A stretch of 44,521 bases of DNA from Candidatus Woesearchaeota archaeon (GCA_003695435.1 RFJL01000039.1:1-44521), one strand, 5' to 3'. Shown: positions 17,920 through 28,442, counted from the stretch's first letter. The notes: generated by a model from the sequence alone, not told the origin. Translations and numbers: made by a program.

Positions 17920-19458
17920 TTATTCAGTCACTTTTTTTCGCTTTTTCAACCGGGAATAACTAATTGAAAACCTATGCACACTATCACGCATAGACCGAAG
18001 TAAGAGCATCATCTCAGAGTTCTTATCAAAACGAAGCGGCTCATCTTCGTGAGGGATGAAAATCTCTTCATTCTTTTTTGCTAACGCAATAAGCGGGATC
18101 TGCAAGCCCAGTTGTTCAAGACTCCAAAGCGCAGCATTTAACTGTCCTTTCCCGCCATCAATAAGAATAAGATCGGGCATGCGAACATTCTCTTCACGAA
18201 GTCGAGAGTACCTTCGATACACTGCTTCTCGCATCGCAGCAAAATCATCTTGCTTATTCGTCTTAATCTCAAACCGCCGATAATTACTCCTATCTGGTTT
18301 AGCATCAACCCAACGGGTCATACCCGCAACAACCACTTCATCACCATAATTAGAAATATCAAAACACTCAATTATCCGAGGCACATCTGCAAGGTTGAGC
18401 GCTTCTTGAAGTTCCAAAAGCCTCTTATCCTCTTTTCTGATATTTGCTAACGCTAACTGCATAAGCCTCAACTTTTCTCCTCGTTGAGGCCGCGTAAGGG
18501 TCACCTTCGCACCTTTAATTCTCTGCAAATACTTCTCAATACTTGGATCTTCCACCTTCCTATTCACAATGATTTCCTGAGGAATGTAATTTTGAGAATA
18601 ATACAGTTTGAGAAACGACTCAAAGACATCATCTTGCATTTCAAATCTGAAATCTTGCCTTTTACTTATCACACCCTTATTAACAGATAAGAGCGAAAAA
18701 ACCGCAATAGTATCAAACTCCTCCATTACCACAACATCCTGGTCGAATCGTTTAAGCGTATCCACTGCTTGTTTTTCCTGCAAGTGCTCAATTGCTTCAA
18801 TCTGTCTCTTCTTCTCCAACGCCTGCTCAAAAAGAAGCTTGTCCGAAGCTTGTTTCATCTCCAAACGCAATTTCTTAACAACGTCTTTGACATCTCCCCT
18901 AAGAAACGCCCTTGCACCTTCAACCTGCTGTGCATAGTCGCTTTGAGACACGCGTCCAATACAAGGAGCAGTACAAAGTCCGATGTGATAATTAAGACAT
19001 GCTTTTTTAGGAAGCGTTCTGCACGTGCGTAATTTGAAGAGCTTAAGCGCTAATCTTCTCAATTCATTTCTTGCAGAACCATCAGTAAAGGGGCCAAAAA
19101 ACTCACCTTTCTTATCAACGCTCCTCGTAGAGATGAGCCGAGGATATTGTTCATCAGTAAGTTTAAGATACGCATACGTTTTTGCATCTTTGAGTAGAAC
19201 GTTATATTTTGGCTTGTGTTGTTTGATGAGTTTGTTTTCCAGAAGAAGCGCTTCTACTTCATTACCAACTACGATGTAATCAATATCAGCAATTTGAGAA
19301 ACTAAGAATTGTGTTTTGGGTGTTTTAGGAGACCTGTCAAAGTACTGCCTAACCCTCTGCCTGAGTTTTTTTGCTTTACCTACATAGATAATGTTGCCCT
19401 CTTTATTCTTGAAAAGATAACAACCAGGCTCAAGAGGAATGTTTTTTAGAGGAATCAT
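17920..19458 (-). CDS. uvrC: Excinuclease ABC subunit C, lacking the C-terminal (HhH)2 domain
   Basis: GIY-YIG motif (GCYLFKNKEGNIIYVGKAKKLRQRVRQYF), central UVR-like helix, and an endonuclease-V-like domain ending in RDSVHRFSISYSR. The ORF stops about 10 aa after this motif. Confidence 0.9.
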   Translation of the reverse strand: MIPLKNIPLEPGCYLFKNKEGNIIYVGKAKKLRQRVRQYFDRSPKTPKTQFLVSQIADIDYIVVGNEVEALLLENKLIKQHKPKYNVLLKDAKTYAYLKLTDEQYPRLISTRSVDKKGEFFGPFTDGSARNELRRLALKLFKLRTCRTLPKKACLNYHIGLCTAPCIGRVSQSDYAQQVEGARAFLRGDVKDVVKKLRLEMKQASDKLLFEQALEKKRQIEAIEHLQEKQAVDTLKRFDQDVVVMEEFDTIAVFSLLSVNKGVISKRQDFRFEMQDDVFESFLKLYYSQNYIPQEIIVNRKVEDPSIEKYLQRIKGAKVTLTRPQRGEKLRLMQLALANIRKEDKRLLELQEALNLADVPRIIECFDISNYGDEVVVAGMTRWVDAKPDRSNYRRFEIKTNKQDDFAAMREAVYRRYSRLREENVRMPDLILIDGGKGQLNAALWSLEQLGLQIPLIALAKKNEEIFIPHEDEPLRFDKNSEMMLLLRSMRDSVHRFSISYSRLKKRKKVTE

Positions 19459-19514
19459 TGCGGTTAAAAATTCCTCGTACTATATAAAAACCACCGCGTA
19501 GGACGAAGTAACAG

Positions 19515-22355
19515 CTACAAAAGAGGTTTCAAAAACTTTGCAGTATGACTCTTCTTTACTTTGATAATGTCTTCAGGCGTTCCCTGTGCAACAATTTCTC
19601 CTCCACCTGTTCCGCCTTCCGGGCCAAGATCTATGATGTAATCACAGCACTTTACCACATCCAAATTATGTTCAATGACGTAGGCAGTGTTTCCCTTTTC
19701 AACAAGCCTATTAAGAACTGCTAAAAGCTTACGAGTATCTTCAAAGTGAAGGCCTGTTGTAGGCTCATCAAGAAGATACACCGTATTTCCTCGTTTATAT
19801 TTTGCAAGTTCTCTTGTAAGTTTTATACGCTGACTCTCCCCTCCAGAAAGCGTTGTTGCGCTCTGTCCCAATTTAATGTAGCCAAGACCCACATCAAACA
19901 ATGTTTCGATCTTTCTTCTCATAGAAGGGTGGTTTTCAAAAAAGGGAAGGGCCTCTTCTACCGTCATGTCCAAAACATCTGCGATGTTCTTTCCCTTATA
20001 CGTTACTTCAAGTGTTTCTTTATTATACCGTTTGCCCTTGCAGTCCTCACACTCAACATAGACGTCAGGCAAGAAATTCATCTCAATCTTGATAAGTCCA
20101 TCACCAGCACAGGTCTCACACCTGCCACCAGGAACATTAAAAGAAAACCTCCCCGGTTTATACCCTCTTTTCTTTGCTTCCTTGGTTTCAGAAAACAATT
20201 TTCTAATATCATCAAAAAGCTTCGTGTACGTTGCAGGATTAGAACGCGGCGTTTTACCAATAGGTTCTTGATCAATGACAATAACGTTTTGTATTGTTTG
20301 AGGCACTTTGAGTTTTTTGTGCTTACCAATTTTCGACTCTCTTGCACCAAAATATTTTTTCATTGCGGGAATGAGTGTTTGATTCATCAGCGTTGATTTT
20401 CCAGAACCTGAAACGCCGGTAATACCACAAAGAACGCCTGTGGGAAAGCGAACATCAATATTTTTAAGATTGTTTTCTGCGCAGCCTTTAAGTTCAATAA
20501 AGTCAAGAGGTTTTCTACGCGTCAGCGGAACTTCAATCTTCTGCCTCCCAGAAAGATACGCACCAGTAAGAGACTCTTTATTCTTCATGATTTGTTTTGG
20601 AGTTCCCTGAGCAACAATGTGGCCTCCGTGAACACCTGCGCCAGGACCAATATCTATGATGTGATCAGCAGATTTCATGGTGTCTTCATCATGCTCAACG
20701 ACGATCAAAGTATTTCCAAGATCTCGCAACCTATGCAACGTATCAATGAGTTTCGCATTATCTCGTTGATGCAATCCAATACTTGGCTCATCAAGAATGT
20801 ACAAAACACCCATCAAGTTAGAGCCAATCTGTGTTGCGAGTCTGATACGTTGAGCTTCCCCACCAGAAAGCGTCCTTGCAGACCTTGAAAGAGTAAGATA
20901 TGATAGTCCCACGTTATTAAGAAAGCCCAACCTGTCAGTAATTTCCTTTAACACTTGTTTTGCAATAAACCTCTCTTTTTCAGAGAGTTTTAAGTTCTTG
21001 AAAAAGTCCAAAGAATCCTTAATGTTCATATCCGTCACATCAATAATGGACTTTCCATTAATCTTAACCGCGAGAATTTCATCCCGTAATCGTTTCCCTT
21101 TACATGTTTTACAGGGTTTTGTTGTCATAAGCTGTTCAAATTTCTCCCTGCGATAATTAGAATCCGTATCTCTCCACAAACGCATGGTCTGAGGGATAAC
21201 TCCTTCCCAACCATTTTCCATATTCATAGAAGCACCATTACTCCACTTCGCTTTAATGGGCTTTGACGTACCATACAACAACACCTCTCTTTGCTTTTTA
21301 GTAAGCTCTCGTATAGGTGTGAATACCGTAAAGCCAAACTGTTTTCCCACTGCTTGAATCTGCTGACCCCTCCAAGAAAGATCCATCTTACCATAACAGG
21401 CAAGAGCGCCATCCATAACACTCAACGAATCATCAGGAATGAGCAAATCCTCATCAATAATCATATGCTCGCCAATGCCGTTACACGTAGGACAAGCACC
21501 AAAAGGCGAATTAAAAGAAAACATCTTCGGCTCAAGTTCTTTGAACACTACTTCGGGATGTTTAGGACAAGCACCAAAGGTGGAATAAATGTGCTCAGCG
21601 TTTTGACGCTCAATTTCTTTAAGCTTTGAGAAATCTTTTTTCGCATCAACAACCTTAACTGTGCCCTTTCCCTTGTGCACTGCTTGCTCCACAGCATCAC
21701 TTATCCTAAGACGATTATCTTCAGAGATAACGATGCGATCAATAACTGCTTCAACCCAATGTTTTTCGTACCGTTCGAGCTTTGGTTTAAACTCATCAAG
21801 ACGATACACCACACCATCAACGCGCACTCGCACATAACCTTCTTTTTTCAAATCCTCAAAGACTTTTTCATGAGTTCCTTTTTTTCCGTCAAGAATTGGT
21901 GCGAGGATAAGGACTTCCTTGCCCGTATCAGAGAGGATAAGATTCACAATGTTTTCTGCAGATTGCGGTTTAATTGCAGAACCGCACTTAGGACAATGCG
22001 CAGTACCAATACGTGCAAAAAGTAGTCTAAAATAATCATAGATCTCCGTAACCGTTCCAACCGTTGATCGCGGATTCTTACTCGTCGTCTTTTGCTCAAT
22101 AGAAATTGCAGGACTAAGACCCTCAATAGAATCAATATCTGGTTTGCTCATCAATCCCAAGAACTGTCTTGCATACGCACTGAGTGATTCAACATACCTT
22201 CTCTGACCCTCAGCATAGATCGTATCAAACGCCAAGGTAGATTTTCCACTACCTGAAAGACCTGTAATAACAACTAGCTTATTTCGAGGAATGGTTACTG
22301 TGATGTTTTTAAGATTGTGTTCCCTTGCACCACGCACTACTAAATTCTTCTGCAT
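19515..22355 (-). CDS. uvrA: Excinuclease ABC subunit A
   Basis: 946 aa with two ABC modules ([48 protein letters not shown]) and zinc-finger Cys pairs. Confidence 0.95.
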   Translation of the reverse strand: MQKNLVVRGAREHNLKNITVTIPRNKLVVITGLSGSGKSTLAFDTIYAEGQRRYVESLSAYARQFLGLMSKPDIDSIEGLSPAISIEQKTTSKNPRSTVGTVTEIYDYFRLLFARIGTAHCPKCGSAIKPQSAENIVNLILSDTGKEVLILAPILDGKKGTHEKVFEDLKKEGYVRVRVDGVVYRLDEFKPKLERYEKHWVEAVIDRIVISEDNRLRISDAVEQAVHKGKGTVKVVDAKKDFSKLKEIERQNAEHIYSTFGACPKHPEVVFKELEPKMFSFNSPFGACPTCNGIGEHMIIDEDLLIPDDSLSVMDGALACYGKMDLSWRGQQIQAVGKQFGFTVFTPIRELTKKQREVLLYGTSKPIKAKWSNGASMNMENGWEGVIPQTMRLWRDTDSNYRREKFEQLMTTKPCKTCKGKRLRDEILAVKINGKSIIDVTDMNIKDSLDFFKNLKLSEKERFIAKQVLKEITDRLGFLNNVGLSYLTLSRSARTLSGGEAQRIRLATQIGSNLMGVLYILDEPSIGLHQRDNAKLIDTLHRLRDLGNTLIVVEHDEDTMKSADHIIDIGPGAGVHGGHIVAQGTPKQIMKNKESLTGAYLSGRQKIEVPLTRRKPLDFIELKGCAENNLKNIDVRFPTGVLCGITGVSGSGKSTLMNQTLIPAMKKYFGARESKIGKHKKLKVPQTIQNVIVIDQEPIGKTPRSNPATYTKLFDDIRKLFSETKEAKKRGYKPGRFSFNVPGGRCETCAGDGLIKIEMNFLPDVYVECEDCKGKRYNKETLEVTYKGKNIADVLDMTVEEALPFFENHPSMRRKIETLFDVGLGYIKLGQSATTLSGGESQRIKLTRELAKYKRGNTVYLLDEPTTGLHFEDTRKLLAVLNRLVEKGNTAYVIEHNLDVVKCCDYIIDLGPEGGTGGGEIVAQGTPEDIIKVKKSHTAKFLKPLL

Positions 22356-22461
22356 AGTCTAAAAAAACGAAAAAAGGTTTAAGAAAGTTGTGATTAGTGA
22401 GAACTACACGTTGCAGTCACATCAAACATACAACTATTTTTTCTAAACTCCTTACAATATC

Positions 22462-24381
22462 CTAAACCTCTTTCTTGAGCCTCTCCAAGGTATCTCGTAT
22501 CTCAATTGCCTTCTCAAAATCTAATTCATCAGCAGCGCGTCTCATCTGCGCTTCAAGATCTGCAATTTTTTTCACAATATCATCATAGGCCATGTGCTTG
22601 ACACCTTTGATCTCACGTCCCTTCTGCGCAACTTTCTTACGAATTGTAGTTGGTGTTATGCCATGTTTCTTGTTGAACGCTATTTGCGCCCTGCGACGTG
22701 CATGTGTTTTTGAAATTGCAGCTTCCATTGACTTTGTTATGGTATCTGCGTACATAATGACGTGGCCGTTTTCATTACGCGCAGCTCTTCCAATCGTTTG
22801 AATAAGTGAGGTCTCATTACGCAAGTATCCTTCTTTATCCGCGTCAAGAATAGCAACCAATGACACTTCCGGAAGGTCCAGTCCTTCACGCAACAGATTA
22901 ATTCCTACAAGGACGTCAAACTCACCTGCACGCAACTGTCTGATCAGCTCAATCCTATCAAGGCTATCAATATCTGAGTGCATATAACGAACGGAAATAT
23001 CTTGTTGGGAGAGGTAATTCGTTAAATCTTCTGCCATGCGTTTTGTGAGTGTTGTTATCAACACACGCTCATCTTGATCTACTCTCTTCTTAATTTCTTT
23101 AATCAAATCAGGAATTTGGTTCTTCGTAGGACGAACCTCTACTTGAGGATCAAGAAGTCCTGTGGGCCGAATAATAAGCTCAACAACTTGGCCTGAATGT
23201 TCTAGTTCATACGGACCAGGAGTTGCTGAGACAAACAACACCCGACGAAAATACTTTTCAAACTCCTCAAACTTAAGCGGACGGTTATCAAGAGCAGAAG
23301 GGAGCCTAAACCCAAAATCAACAAGGTTTTTCTTACGTGAGTAATCTCCTTTGTACATGCCATGTGCTTGAGGTATTGTTTGGTGTGATTCGTCAATGAT
23401 GAGCAAGAAATCCTCCGGAAAATAATCAAGAAGCGTAAACGGAGGCTCACCTGGTTTGCGCGATTCAAAGTGGCGAGAATAATTCTCAATACCCGAACAA
23501 TACCCCATCTCCTCAATCATCTCAAGATCATAGTTCGTTCTTTTCTCCAAACGCTGCCGTTCAAGTTCAGGAAGCTCTGGCAATCTTTTGTGAAGTTCAG
23601 CTCTGATACTCTCAATGGCCTTTTTTTGTTTTTCTTCAACCACGACGAATTGCTTTGCAGGAAATATCTTAATAGCATCAAGATGTGTGATGACATCACC
23701 TGTTACGTGATCAACTTCTTGCAAGCGTTCAATCTCATCACCAAAGAGTTCAATACGAATAATCTCTTCATCGTAAGCGGGAATAACCTCAATAACATCT
23801 CCGCGTACCCTAAACTTTCCAGGTTCAAGTGCGTCACGCGTACGCTCATACTGCATCTCCACAAGATGTGTAATCAGATCATCACGCTTAATAGCATCAA
23901 GCTTCTTGAGTTGCAACGAGAGTTGAGCAAAATCCTGCGGATCCGTAAGACCATAAATACAGGAAATAGATGCGACCACAATAACGTCATCACGCGCAAG
24001 CAAAGACGCAGTTGCCTTAAGGCGCATTTTCTCAATCTGCTCATTTACTGTTGATTCTTTTTCAATATAGGTATCAGATGAAGGAAGATATGATTCTGGC
24101 TGATAATAATCATAGTACGAAATGAAATACTCCACCTTGTTTTCTGGAAATAATTCTTTGAGCTCTTGGTAGAGTTGAGCTGCAAGTGTTTTATTATGTG
24201 CTAAAACTAGTGTAGGGCGCTGAACTTTTTCAATGACATTTGCCATAACAAATGTCTTTCCCGAACCCGTAATACCTAGAAGGGTTTGCTTAGGATATTT
24301 CTTAAAACCTTCAACAACTTTCTTGATTGCTTCTGGCTGGCCTCCTGCGGGCTTGTATTCAGATCTAAGATGGAATTTCAC
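22462..24381 (-). CDS. uvrB: Excinuclease ABC subunit B
   Basis: Motifs [12 protein letters not shown], helicase motif QTIGRAARN, and a C-terminal UVR domain ([13 protein letters not shown]). GTG start about 27 nt downstream of GTTTAAATAC (24403-24412). Confidence 0.95.
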   Translation of the reverse strand: MKFHLRSEYKPAGGQPEAIKKVVEGFKKYPKQTLLGITGSGKTFVMANVIEKVQRPTLVLAHNKTLAAQLYQELKELFPENKVEYFISYYDYYQPESYLPSSDTYIEKESTVNEQIEKMRLKATASLLARDDVIVVASISCIYGLTDPQDFAQLSLQLKKLDAIKRDDLITHLVEMQYERTRDALEPGKFRVRGDVIEVIPAYDEEIIRIELFGDEIERLQEVDHVTGDVITHLDAIKIFPAKQFVVVEEKQKKAIESIRAELHKRLPELPELERQRLEKRTNYDLEMIEEMGYCSGIENYSRHFESRKPGEPPFTLLDYFPEDFLLIIDESHQTIPQAHGMYKGDYSRKKNLVDFGFRLPSALDNRPLKFEEFEKYFRRVLFVSATPGPYELEHSGQVVELIIRPTGLLDPQVEVRPTKNQIPDLIKEIKKRVDQDERVLITTLTKRMAEDLTNYLSQQDISVRYMHSDIDSLDRIELIRQLRAGEFDVLVGINLLREGLDLPEVSLVAILDADKEGYLRNETSLIQTIGRAARNENGHVIMYADTITKSMEAAISKTHARRRAQIAFNKKHGITPTTIRKKVAQKGREIKGVKHMAYDDIVKKIADLEAQMRRAADELDFEKAIEIRDTLERLKKEV

Positions 24382-24436
24382 TAATTTACAAAAAAATTGG
24401 CCGTTTAAATACTTTTCAATATCGCCTGAGAAAAAC

Positions 24437-24468
24437 TTATAAACTATAGATATCTATAGATATCTATG
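24437..24468 (+). promoter_or_regulatory. TATA box (TTATAAA 24437-24443) plus two tandem 10-bp TATAGATATC units (24445-24464) running into the antitoxin ATG
   Basis: Read directly. Each unit contains the palindrome GATATC. The ATG at 24466 lies about 26 nt from the TATA centre, implying a leaderless transcript with an operator-like repeat over the start site. Confidence 0.55.
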
Positions 24469-24687
24469 GCTCTCACGAGTATTCAAGTCAGCAAAAGCCT
24501 TGTCGAAGAACTCAAGAAAAGAAAGATGCATCCTAATGAATCCTATGAAGAGGTCATCTGGGATGCATTGGAAGATTCTCTTGAACTTTCAGAAGAGACA
24601 AAACGACGGGTCAAATTAGCTGAGGCAGATATCAAGGCAGGTAGAGTATACACTCTTGAACAAGTCAAGAAAGAACTAGGTCTGTAA
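24466..24687 (+). CDS. Type II antitoxin partner of RelE (RHH/RelB-like)
   Basis: 73-aa ORF whose TAA is immediately followed by the toxin ATG. Acidic and helical, with a C-terminus AEADIKAGRVYTLEQVKKELG typical of archaeal RelB-like antitoxins. Confidence 0.7.
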   Translation: MALTSIQVSKSLVEELKKRKMHPNESYEEVIWDALEDSLELSEETKRRVKLAEADIKAGRVYTLEQVKKELGL

Positions 24688-24936
24688 ATGTTTGATCTTA
24701 TCTTTACCGCACAGGCAAAGAAATTCTTAAAGAAACTTGACAAGAGTGAGAGTGCACGTATCATCGCAACGCTTGAACGGTGCAGAGTACGACCTCATGC
24801 ATATGCAAAAAAACTTGTCGCATCTCCTTATTTCAGGATCCGTGCAGGAGGGTATAGGATCATTGTCGACATCAGTTCAGGCGATCTAATCATTCTTGTT
24901 ATTGAGATCGATCACAGGAGAAGAGTTTACAAATGA
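24688..24936 (+). CDS. relE: RelE/ParE-family toxin
   Basis: 82 aa. FRIRAGGYRIIVDISSGDLIILVIEIDHRRRVY matches the RelE core (YR.R.GDYR.I...I.IL.I.HR...Y). Confidence 0.8.
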   Translation: MFDLIFTAQAKKFLKKLDKSESARIIATLERCRVRPHAYAKKLVASPYFRIRAGGYRIIVDISSGDLIILVIEIDHRRRVYK

Positions 24937-25791
24937 TTACTCCCTTGCAATATTATATCTCTCCCTTGCTTCTTCTTCAATAAGTTTGAGATCAAGACCG
25001 CAGTCGTTCTTCGGATGAATGAGGCGAGTTTCCCAACGATTGTTGCGTGTACCAATAGAGGTCTCTTCATATTCACGCAACACCCCTACAACATCCTTTC
25101 CATCAAGATGCACAAAGACATCTGAAGAGCTTGGCGTTACTTTCGATTCAACTTCTCCTCGATTGAGTTCGTTAATAAGACTCGCAGTCACTATTTCTAA
25201 GGATGCTTCAGCAAATTCACCAAAACCACCATATCCTGCAATGTAAATAGGTGCAGCCATTTGCTCTTCTCTTCGACGAGTACAACCCGCCCACACAACA
25301 TAGGGCATTGCCAAGACATCACCCGATCTGCTCTTAAGAGGGTGTTGTGCAAGAGCAATGCTTTCACGAAACTGAGTTTCTTGCTGAGGGCTCATATTCC
25401 TCAAAGATGCTTGCTCATGAACATAACGAGAAGGATTTGCCACAAGAACACTAAGGGCAGAAGCAAGCCGATTGCGAGCACCATATTTCTCAACCGTCTG
25501 AGGTGAATAGGCCTTATAGATAGCTTCTGCTTGAATATGCTTAGTTCTTGTAATCTTTGTACGATCTTCTCTTCTTGAATACAACCACTCATTGTTAAGT
25601 ATTCTCAATGCGGTTTTAATCATCTCTCCCAGCGGAAGAAACACACCTCTGCTCATTGCATTCTCATAAAGAAGGGTCACACCATCATCTTGCATTTCTT
25701 CACGAACAGCCTGTCTAAAATCCTTTGAAGGAACTTCTTCACGAACCGGTTCAGTTCCTTCTGCAGTTTCAAGAATGTACTCTCCTGGCAA
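24937..25791 (-). CDS. Hypothetical protein (284 aa from a TTG start)
   Basis: The long ORF has no ATG at its 5-prime end. The TTG at 25791 has AAGGGGGT 6 nt upstream, and the first ATG is 32 codons in. The stop abuts the relE stop with no spacer. Confidence 0.55.
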   Translation of the reverse strand: MPGEYILETAEGTEPVREEVPSKDFRQAVREEMQDDGVTLLYENAMSRGVFLPLGEMIKTALRILNNEWLYSRREDRTKITRTKHIQAEAIYKAYSPQTVEKYGARNRLASALSVLVANPSRYVHEQASLRNMSPQQETQFRESIALAQHPLKSRSGDVLAMPYVVWAGCTRRREEQMAAPIYIAGYGGFGEFAEASLEIVTASLINELNRGEVESKVTPSSSDVFVHLDGKDVVGVLREYEETSIGTRNNRWETRLIHPKNDCGLDLKLIEEEARERYNIARE

Positions 25792-25881
25792 GAATAGACC
25801 CCCTTTATCGTCAAGGTCTCCTTTTGCTTGTTCAGCAGTAAGTGGTGGAGCAGTGCCTTGAAGCGTCTTGTGAAGAAGACT

Positions 25882-26073
25882 CTATGCAGTATCTGTGCGA
25901 AGAGCAATCAATTCTGTTACGAGTGCTGTTCCCACTAACTCCTTTTTAGTAACCAGACTCCTCTTCGGCTTTGCTCGTCTCTTATATATCTTAGTAAGAA
26001 AAAATACTACTTTGTTGCTATGTACATAGCATTTGGCAAAAATAAGCAAAGATGTAAGCACTGATAAGTGCAT
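25882..26073 (-). CDS. Candidate 63-aa ORF, in the same frame as 24937-25791 and separated from it by one TAG
   Basis: The ATG at 26073 lies about 30 nt from the shared TATA-like box 26100-26106. The composition is not clearly protein-like. Confidence 0.3.
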   Translation of the reverse strand: MHLSVLTSLLIFAKCYVHSNKVVFFLTKIYKRRAKPKRSLVTKKELVGTALVTELIALRTDTA

Positions 26074-26099
26074 ATGCGCATTCTGAGAAAATACAAGTC

Positions 26100-26106
26100 T
26101 TTAAAA
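26100..26106. promoter_or_regulatory. TATA-like TTTAAAA positioned for both msrB (+) and the 26073 (-) ORF
   Basis: The centre lies about 28 nt from ATG 26131 and about 30 nt from ATG 26073. Confidence 0.4.
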
Positions 26107-26130
26107 CGTCCGCTCCTTTTTCAATCATGT

Positions 26131-26520
26131 ATGAGTACACAGCACACCGAAGAAGAATTCAAAAAGAAACTCACCAAAGAACAATACGCTGTTCTGAGAG
26201 AAAAAGGTACCGAGCCACCAGGCACAAGTCCGCTTCTTCACAATAAAGACAAAGGAGATTACAAGTGTGCTGCTTGCGGACAAACACTCTTCAAGTCCGA
26301 TGCAAAATTTGATTCAGGGACTGGCTGGCCCAGTTTTGATCAAGCAATCCCTGGAGCAGTTGAGTACAAAGAGGATCATACGTTTTTCATGAAACGAACA
26401 GAAGTTGTCTGCTCCGCATGCGGATCGCACTTAGGACATGTCTTTGATGACGGACCCAAAGAGACCACGGGAAAACGATACTGCATAAATGGATGCGCCT
26501 TAGCCTTCAAGAAGAAGTGA
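26131..26520 (+). CDS. msrB: Peptide-methionine (R)-S-oxide reductase
   Basis: Two CxxC zinc pairs (CAACGQ, CSACGS), GTGWPSF, HLGHVF and the catalytic RYCINGCAL. ATG 26131 is preferred to the upstream GTG of the track ORF. Confidence 0.9.
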   Translation: MSTQHTEEEFKKKLTKEQYAVLREKGTEPPGTSPLLHNKDKGDYKCAACGQTLFKSDAKFDSGTGWPSFDQAIPGAVEYKEDHTFFMKRTEVVCSACGSHLGHVFDDGPKETTGKRYCINGCALAFKKK

Positions 26521-27022
26521 ACGTCTCATAGAATTTTTCAAGCAAGTCAAACCACGTCTCAATCGCGTTGGGATAATTATCAATGAGCTTTCCCCCGCTC
26601 ATTTCAATGTAACTGGTGATCTGCGGATTCACCTTTGCTGCCAAGTTCTCCGCAAGACGAAGATCTGAGCGCAAAGCGAAGATAGGGCCGATCTCACGTC
26701 CTGCGTAAAAACCGATCTCTCCTGAAACACCATCATCAAGCGCATGTCCTCCATCAAGGATTGCGCCCATGCAATCAGACTCAATCATGCCTTTGTTATT
26801 CGTAGGACCTACTTGCCTGTTGAACTCCTCCCAAAACCTTTGATGGCCCGAAGCCTTATCACAGATCTCAAGAACGCTTAAGTCAAGAAGCTTGCCGCAC
26901 TCTACAAAAGGGTCAAAGACATCAAAACCGATCTCTTTAAGCCGGGGTATGAAAAGGTGATCAAGGACATAACGCCCAGTCTCAGAAAATCCTAATTGGT
27001 TAGCAAGGTAAATTGTGACCAT
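26507..27022 (-). CDS. Nucleoside 2-deoxyribosyltransferase-like (NDT/Rcl fold) protein
   Basis: IYLANQLGFSE near the N-terminus and DDGVSGEIGFYAG (Glu nucleophile context) match the family pattern. An alternative ATG at 27082 would overlap the upstream gene by 14 nt. Confidence 0.65.
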   Translation of the reverse strand: MVTIYLANQLGFSETGRYVLDHLFIPRLKEIGFDVFDPFVECGKLLDLSVLEICDKASGHQRFWEEFNRQVGPTNNKGMIESDCMGAILDGGHALDDGVSGEIGFYAGREIGPIFALRSDLRLAENLAAKVNPQITSYIEMSGGKLIDNYPNAIETWFDLLEKFYETFTSS

Positions 27023-27068
27023 GGTGCTCCAGTTGATGCATTCTTTTTTAAACTTTGGTGAGAAAAGA

Positions 27069-27830
27069 TCAAAACAGTTCATCAGATCGTAGCACTTGCA
27101 TCTCTTTAAGCGCGTTTTTTATGCCTTTAATCATATTTCCCTTGCCACGCCTAAGCAAATCCTGTACGAGATCAGGAATTCTTGTAAGCAACATCTTATC
27201 TTTACTTTCAAGCACCGCATTGAAGTAATTCGGAGCAACATTAGCAGGACCCAATACATAATGAGAAACTCCAAGATCAAAAGAGTCTTCCAAAAGATCC
27301 ACGTGTCCTTGTATGACCTTGAATGTTTCCGATTGCACATCAAGCAATTGGTGAAAATACCCGATCTGGCCTGAACTATCTTTAATGCCAGCAACACTTT
27401 GCTTATACTCGTCCACAACGTCAAGAGGTAAGTTTTCTCCTCGGTGAATTTCTGGATTATTGTAGAGGTAAAGAGGAAGCTCGCTCATATCAAGACAGGT
27501 CTCAATCACCTCACGAGGATTCTCATAACAAGCAGGTGCAAGAACAATGCTCTTAGCAGTACTCTTATTTGCCAGTTCTACTAGCACTTTTGTCTCCTCA
27601 AGAGAACTAGCGGTAACACCAATCCATACCGGTTTTGTTGCAAGCGTTGTTGTAAGATCAATGAGTTTTTCTTTTTGTTCAAGAGTTAATTTTTGAAACT
27701 CTCCTGTGGTGCCCAAGATGAAATGCGCATCAACAAAAGAATCCTCTAAGAAAAGAAGCAAATTGCGCAGTGATTCAACATCAATGTGTAGATCTTTTTT
27801 AGGAGTTACCAGTGGAACAATAAGCGCCAT
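27069..27830 (-). CDS. DapA / N-acetylneuraminate-lyase family class-I aldolase
   Basis: PLVTP...ID, GTTGEF, LYLYNNPEIHRGENL and the Schiff-base lysine context AGIKDSSG. At 253 aa it is short at the C-terminus. Confidence 0.75.
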   Translation of the reverse strand: MALIVPLVTPKKDLHIDVESLRNLLLFLEDSFVDAHFILGTTGEFQKLTLEQKEKLIDLTTTLATKPVWIGVTASSLEETKVLVELANKSTAKSIVLAPACYENPREVIETCLDMSELPLYLYNNPEIHRGENLPLDVVDEYKQSVAGIKDSSGQIGYFHQLLDVQSETFKVIQGHVDLLEDSFDLGVSHYVLGPANVAPNYFNAVLESKDKMLLTRIPDLVQDLLRRGKGNMIKGIKNALKEMQVLRSDELF

Positions 27831-27842
27831 ACTCTCGTTGAA

Positions 27843-28319
27843 TCACTTCAACTCATAAACATATCGGTTAAGTTCAAGAGAAAAACGAAACCCTTGTTTC
27901 ATCGCGGCTTGATCGTACCTTTTGAAAAGGCGCTCATAATTACTCTCGTTACAACCAGGAATAAGATCTGCGGGAAGAACCATTATGGCCTCGTAATCCC
28001 AGCCGGAAAATCTTTTTTTGGCAGCGTAGAGAAGTGATTCATCCCAACGAAGAGGGGTGAGCTCTTTATACGCACCACGTGCACCTTGTATTTGCAAACA
28101 CTCAACAATAGTATCAAGACTAGAACAACCCGCAAATGCAACAACCCTCCCCCCAGTGCAAATGGTAGGCCCAAAAGGCGCAATATCGGGCAGGTAGGGA
28201 ATGTTGCCCTGAGGAGGAAGTTCCTCATAAGCAAAACCAAAGGAGTACTCCTCAGGTCTAACGGGAAGGCCTGTTCCGTTAATAAAGAATTCTCGAGGAA
28301 TCTCTGCAAGCGTCGTCAT
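27843..28319 (-). CDS. Hypothetical protein (158 aa), first gene of the aldolase/NDT unit
   Basis: ATG lies about 29 nt downstream of CTATTTAAAAAT (28343-28354). There is only a 12-nt gap to the aldolase gene. Confidence 0.6.
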   Translation of the reverse strand: MTTLAEIPREFFINGTGLPVRPEEYSFGFAYEELPPQGNIPYLPDIAPFGPTICTGGRVVAFAGCSSLDTIVECLQIQGARGAYKELTPLRWDESLLYAAKKRFSGWDYEAIMVLPADLIPGCNESNYERLFKRYDQAAMKQGFRFSLELNRYVYELK

Positions 28320-28442
28320 TGTATGCTTGCGTCCAAAAGAGCCTATTTAAAAATGTTCGCACGTACATGCAAATCCCTCTTAGAATCATTCTTGTTAATA
28401 TCCGTTTAGTCTATATAGGAGAAGTTCTTCTCACCAAGTACT

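Noticed and set aside
17920-24381. Many 60-216-aa ORFs antisense to or out of frame within uvrC, uvrA and uvrB (for example 19746-20396, 23470-24054)
   Set aside because: They are shadow ORFs inside strongly supported genes, with no motifs and odd, Cys/Phe/Ile-rich or otherwise skewed compositions.
26068-26130. GTG-initiated 21-codon N-terminal extension of MsrB
   Set aside because: ATG 26131 gives the canonical MsrB length and sits about 28 nt from a TATA-like box. The extension is basic and non-conserved-looking.
27023-27082. Longer (191-aa) form of the NDT-like protein starting at ATG 27082
   Set aside because: Not excluded. However, the 20 extra residues precede the conserved IYLA...GFSE N-terminus and would overlap the aldolase gene by 14 nt. 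I annotated the shorter form and flagged the alternative.
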